Positions 62,766 through 64,000 of a stretch of 64,000 nucleotides of DNA are shown piece by piece. The notes beneath the pieces were generated by a model that saw nothing but the letters and a program-made list of their open reading frames with translations, was not told the origin of the DNA and did not search any database. The translations under genes and the position numbers were made by a program. Position 1 is the stretch's first letter. The number at the start of each line of letters is the position of its first letter. Source of the stretch: Azolla caroliniana (lineage: Eukaryota; Plantae; Polypodiophyta); assembly GCA_043228905.1 (NCBI GenBank), contig JBHGNT010000008.1, forward strand, positions 12,152,001 through 12,216,000. Direction: 5' to 3'.

Positions 62766-64000
62766 ACTAGCTAAAAAAATTGAGTTTGACGTGCCCTGAT
62801 CAGGTAACAATGACTCTATTGATGGAGAAGAGAACAACTATGGTGTGGCCTTCTCCAACCAAGAGGCACACCAAAATGAAAATATTTCACTTGTGCCCGT
62901 TAGTTGACCGTGTTTCTAGCTAACGTTCCTTGTCATTGCGAACGACACCCTATTCATTCGTTCGTTCGTTCGTTCGATCGGGGAATAAATCGCCCGCCCT
63001 TCATGCTGAATCCGCGTAGTCGGTGATGCTCCCTAACTGGTGGGCTTCACAAACTTGGCCCTTTCGGCAACCCGAAAACGATCTTTTTCGTTTGCATCTC
63101 CTGAAGCCACGGGAAGTTGACGTGGATAAACTGCTTGTTCCGAAAGATGATGTCCAATTTGACTTTTTTCCCTTTGGCGAACATAGCGGTGCTAACGTTG
63201 TTGGTTTCGAGGATAAACATCCTCCCTTCTCGGTGCCCTTGCGCGATCATCTTGCCTTCTTCATCGATGAAGCACCCAAGATAAGTAAATCAAACTTTCA
63301 TGCAATGGTCAACAATTTGTTTGACCGACACCAAGTTCTTGGTGATTGTCAACACATGCAAGTTCCGATTCTTCCTCTAAGCCACGCCATTCTGTTGCGG
63401 CGTGTATCTGCAGGAGAATTCGCGTCGAATTCCTTCAATTTGCGGATACTAGAGAACTGGTTGAAAAAGTACTCTTTCCCGCCATCGAACCTTAGGGACT
63501 TGACCTTTCGGCCTATGTCCTGTTCGGCAAGGCTTTTCACCTTCAAGAAGTAAGAGAATATTTCGATTTTCTTCTCGATCAAGGACGCCCAAGTGTGTCG
63601 AGTGTAGTCATCAATGAAGGTTACAAAGTGACGACTTCCACCGATACTCACGTTCTACATTGGTCCCCATACATCCGAATGGATTAAATCGAGTTTGTTT
63701 CCGCACCAATTTCTTTCATTTGGGAACGGAAATCACTGATGCTTCCCTAACTGGCATGCTTCGTAGACTTGGCCCTTTCAGCCACTAAATTTTGGCAACC
63801 CGAAAATGATGTTTTTTGTCTCCACCTCTTAAAGCCGCGGGAAGTTGACGTGGCTGAACCGCTTGTTCCACAAGTCGATGTCCGATTCAACTTTTTTCCC
63901 TTTAGCGAATATGCGGCACCGACGTCGTTCATTTCGAGGATGAACATCTTCCCTTCTCGACGCACATGCGCGATCATCTTGCCTTCTTCTTCCACTTCCG

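Larger units (their letters stand above)
61788..63017. other. Mosaic nuclear insertion of plastid DNA (NUPT)
   Basis: Short recognisable pieces of 23S rRNA, rps19 and ndhK in mixed orientation; Copia repeat sequence resumes on both sides. Confidence 0.8.
59471..64000 (-). repeat. Tandem array of a 729-bp unit derived from the Copia GAG-pre-integrase/rve region (~5 copies, continuing past the window)
   Basis: Junction (A/G)TTCCGATT at 60016, 60745, 61474 and 63362 fuses ...ERKNR to LHVPT... Confidence 0.9.

Overview
Eukaryotic land-plant nuclear DNA. A seed-free plant such as a fern is plausible but is only an inference. The window holds one intact host gene, a 4-exon sugar transport protein (STP/MST, MFS) on the minus strand at 5023-7793. 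About 54 kb of nested retroelements follows, most of which can be unpicked from LTR ends and target-site duplications (TSDs). (1) An old Gypsy (~9.8-25.3 kb) with an extra 3' ORF carries a solo LTR, a hAT-like insertion and a full Copia. (2) A minus-strand Copia (25.4-33.0 kb, resuming after 59.5 kb) hosts a 1.84-kb non-autonomous LTR element, two back-to-back solo LTRs and a five-level nest: Copia > Copia > Copia > Gypsy > gag-only element and solo LTRs. (3) A 729-bp tandem array derived from a Copia integrase is interrupted by a scrambled plastid-DNA insertion. Highlights: five insertions with TGTCGTG...ACGACA-type ends all have 4-bp TSDs centred on CG, two of them at the same site. Their LTRs carry antisense tRNA-type A/B boxes at conserved spacing, and the two full-length members have a tRNA-Trp primer-binding site (PBS). 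One member is a very young gag-only element with an intact ORF. A separate small element shows the sequence signature of Tf1-type self-priming plus a hairpin that could mask the second primer copy. All coordinates and counts were read by eye; no searches were run.
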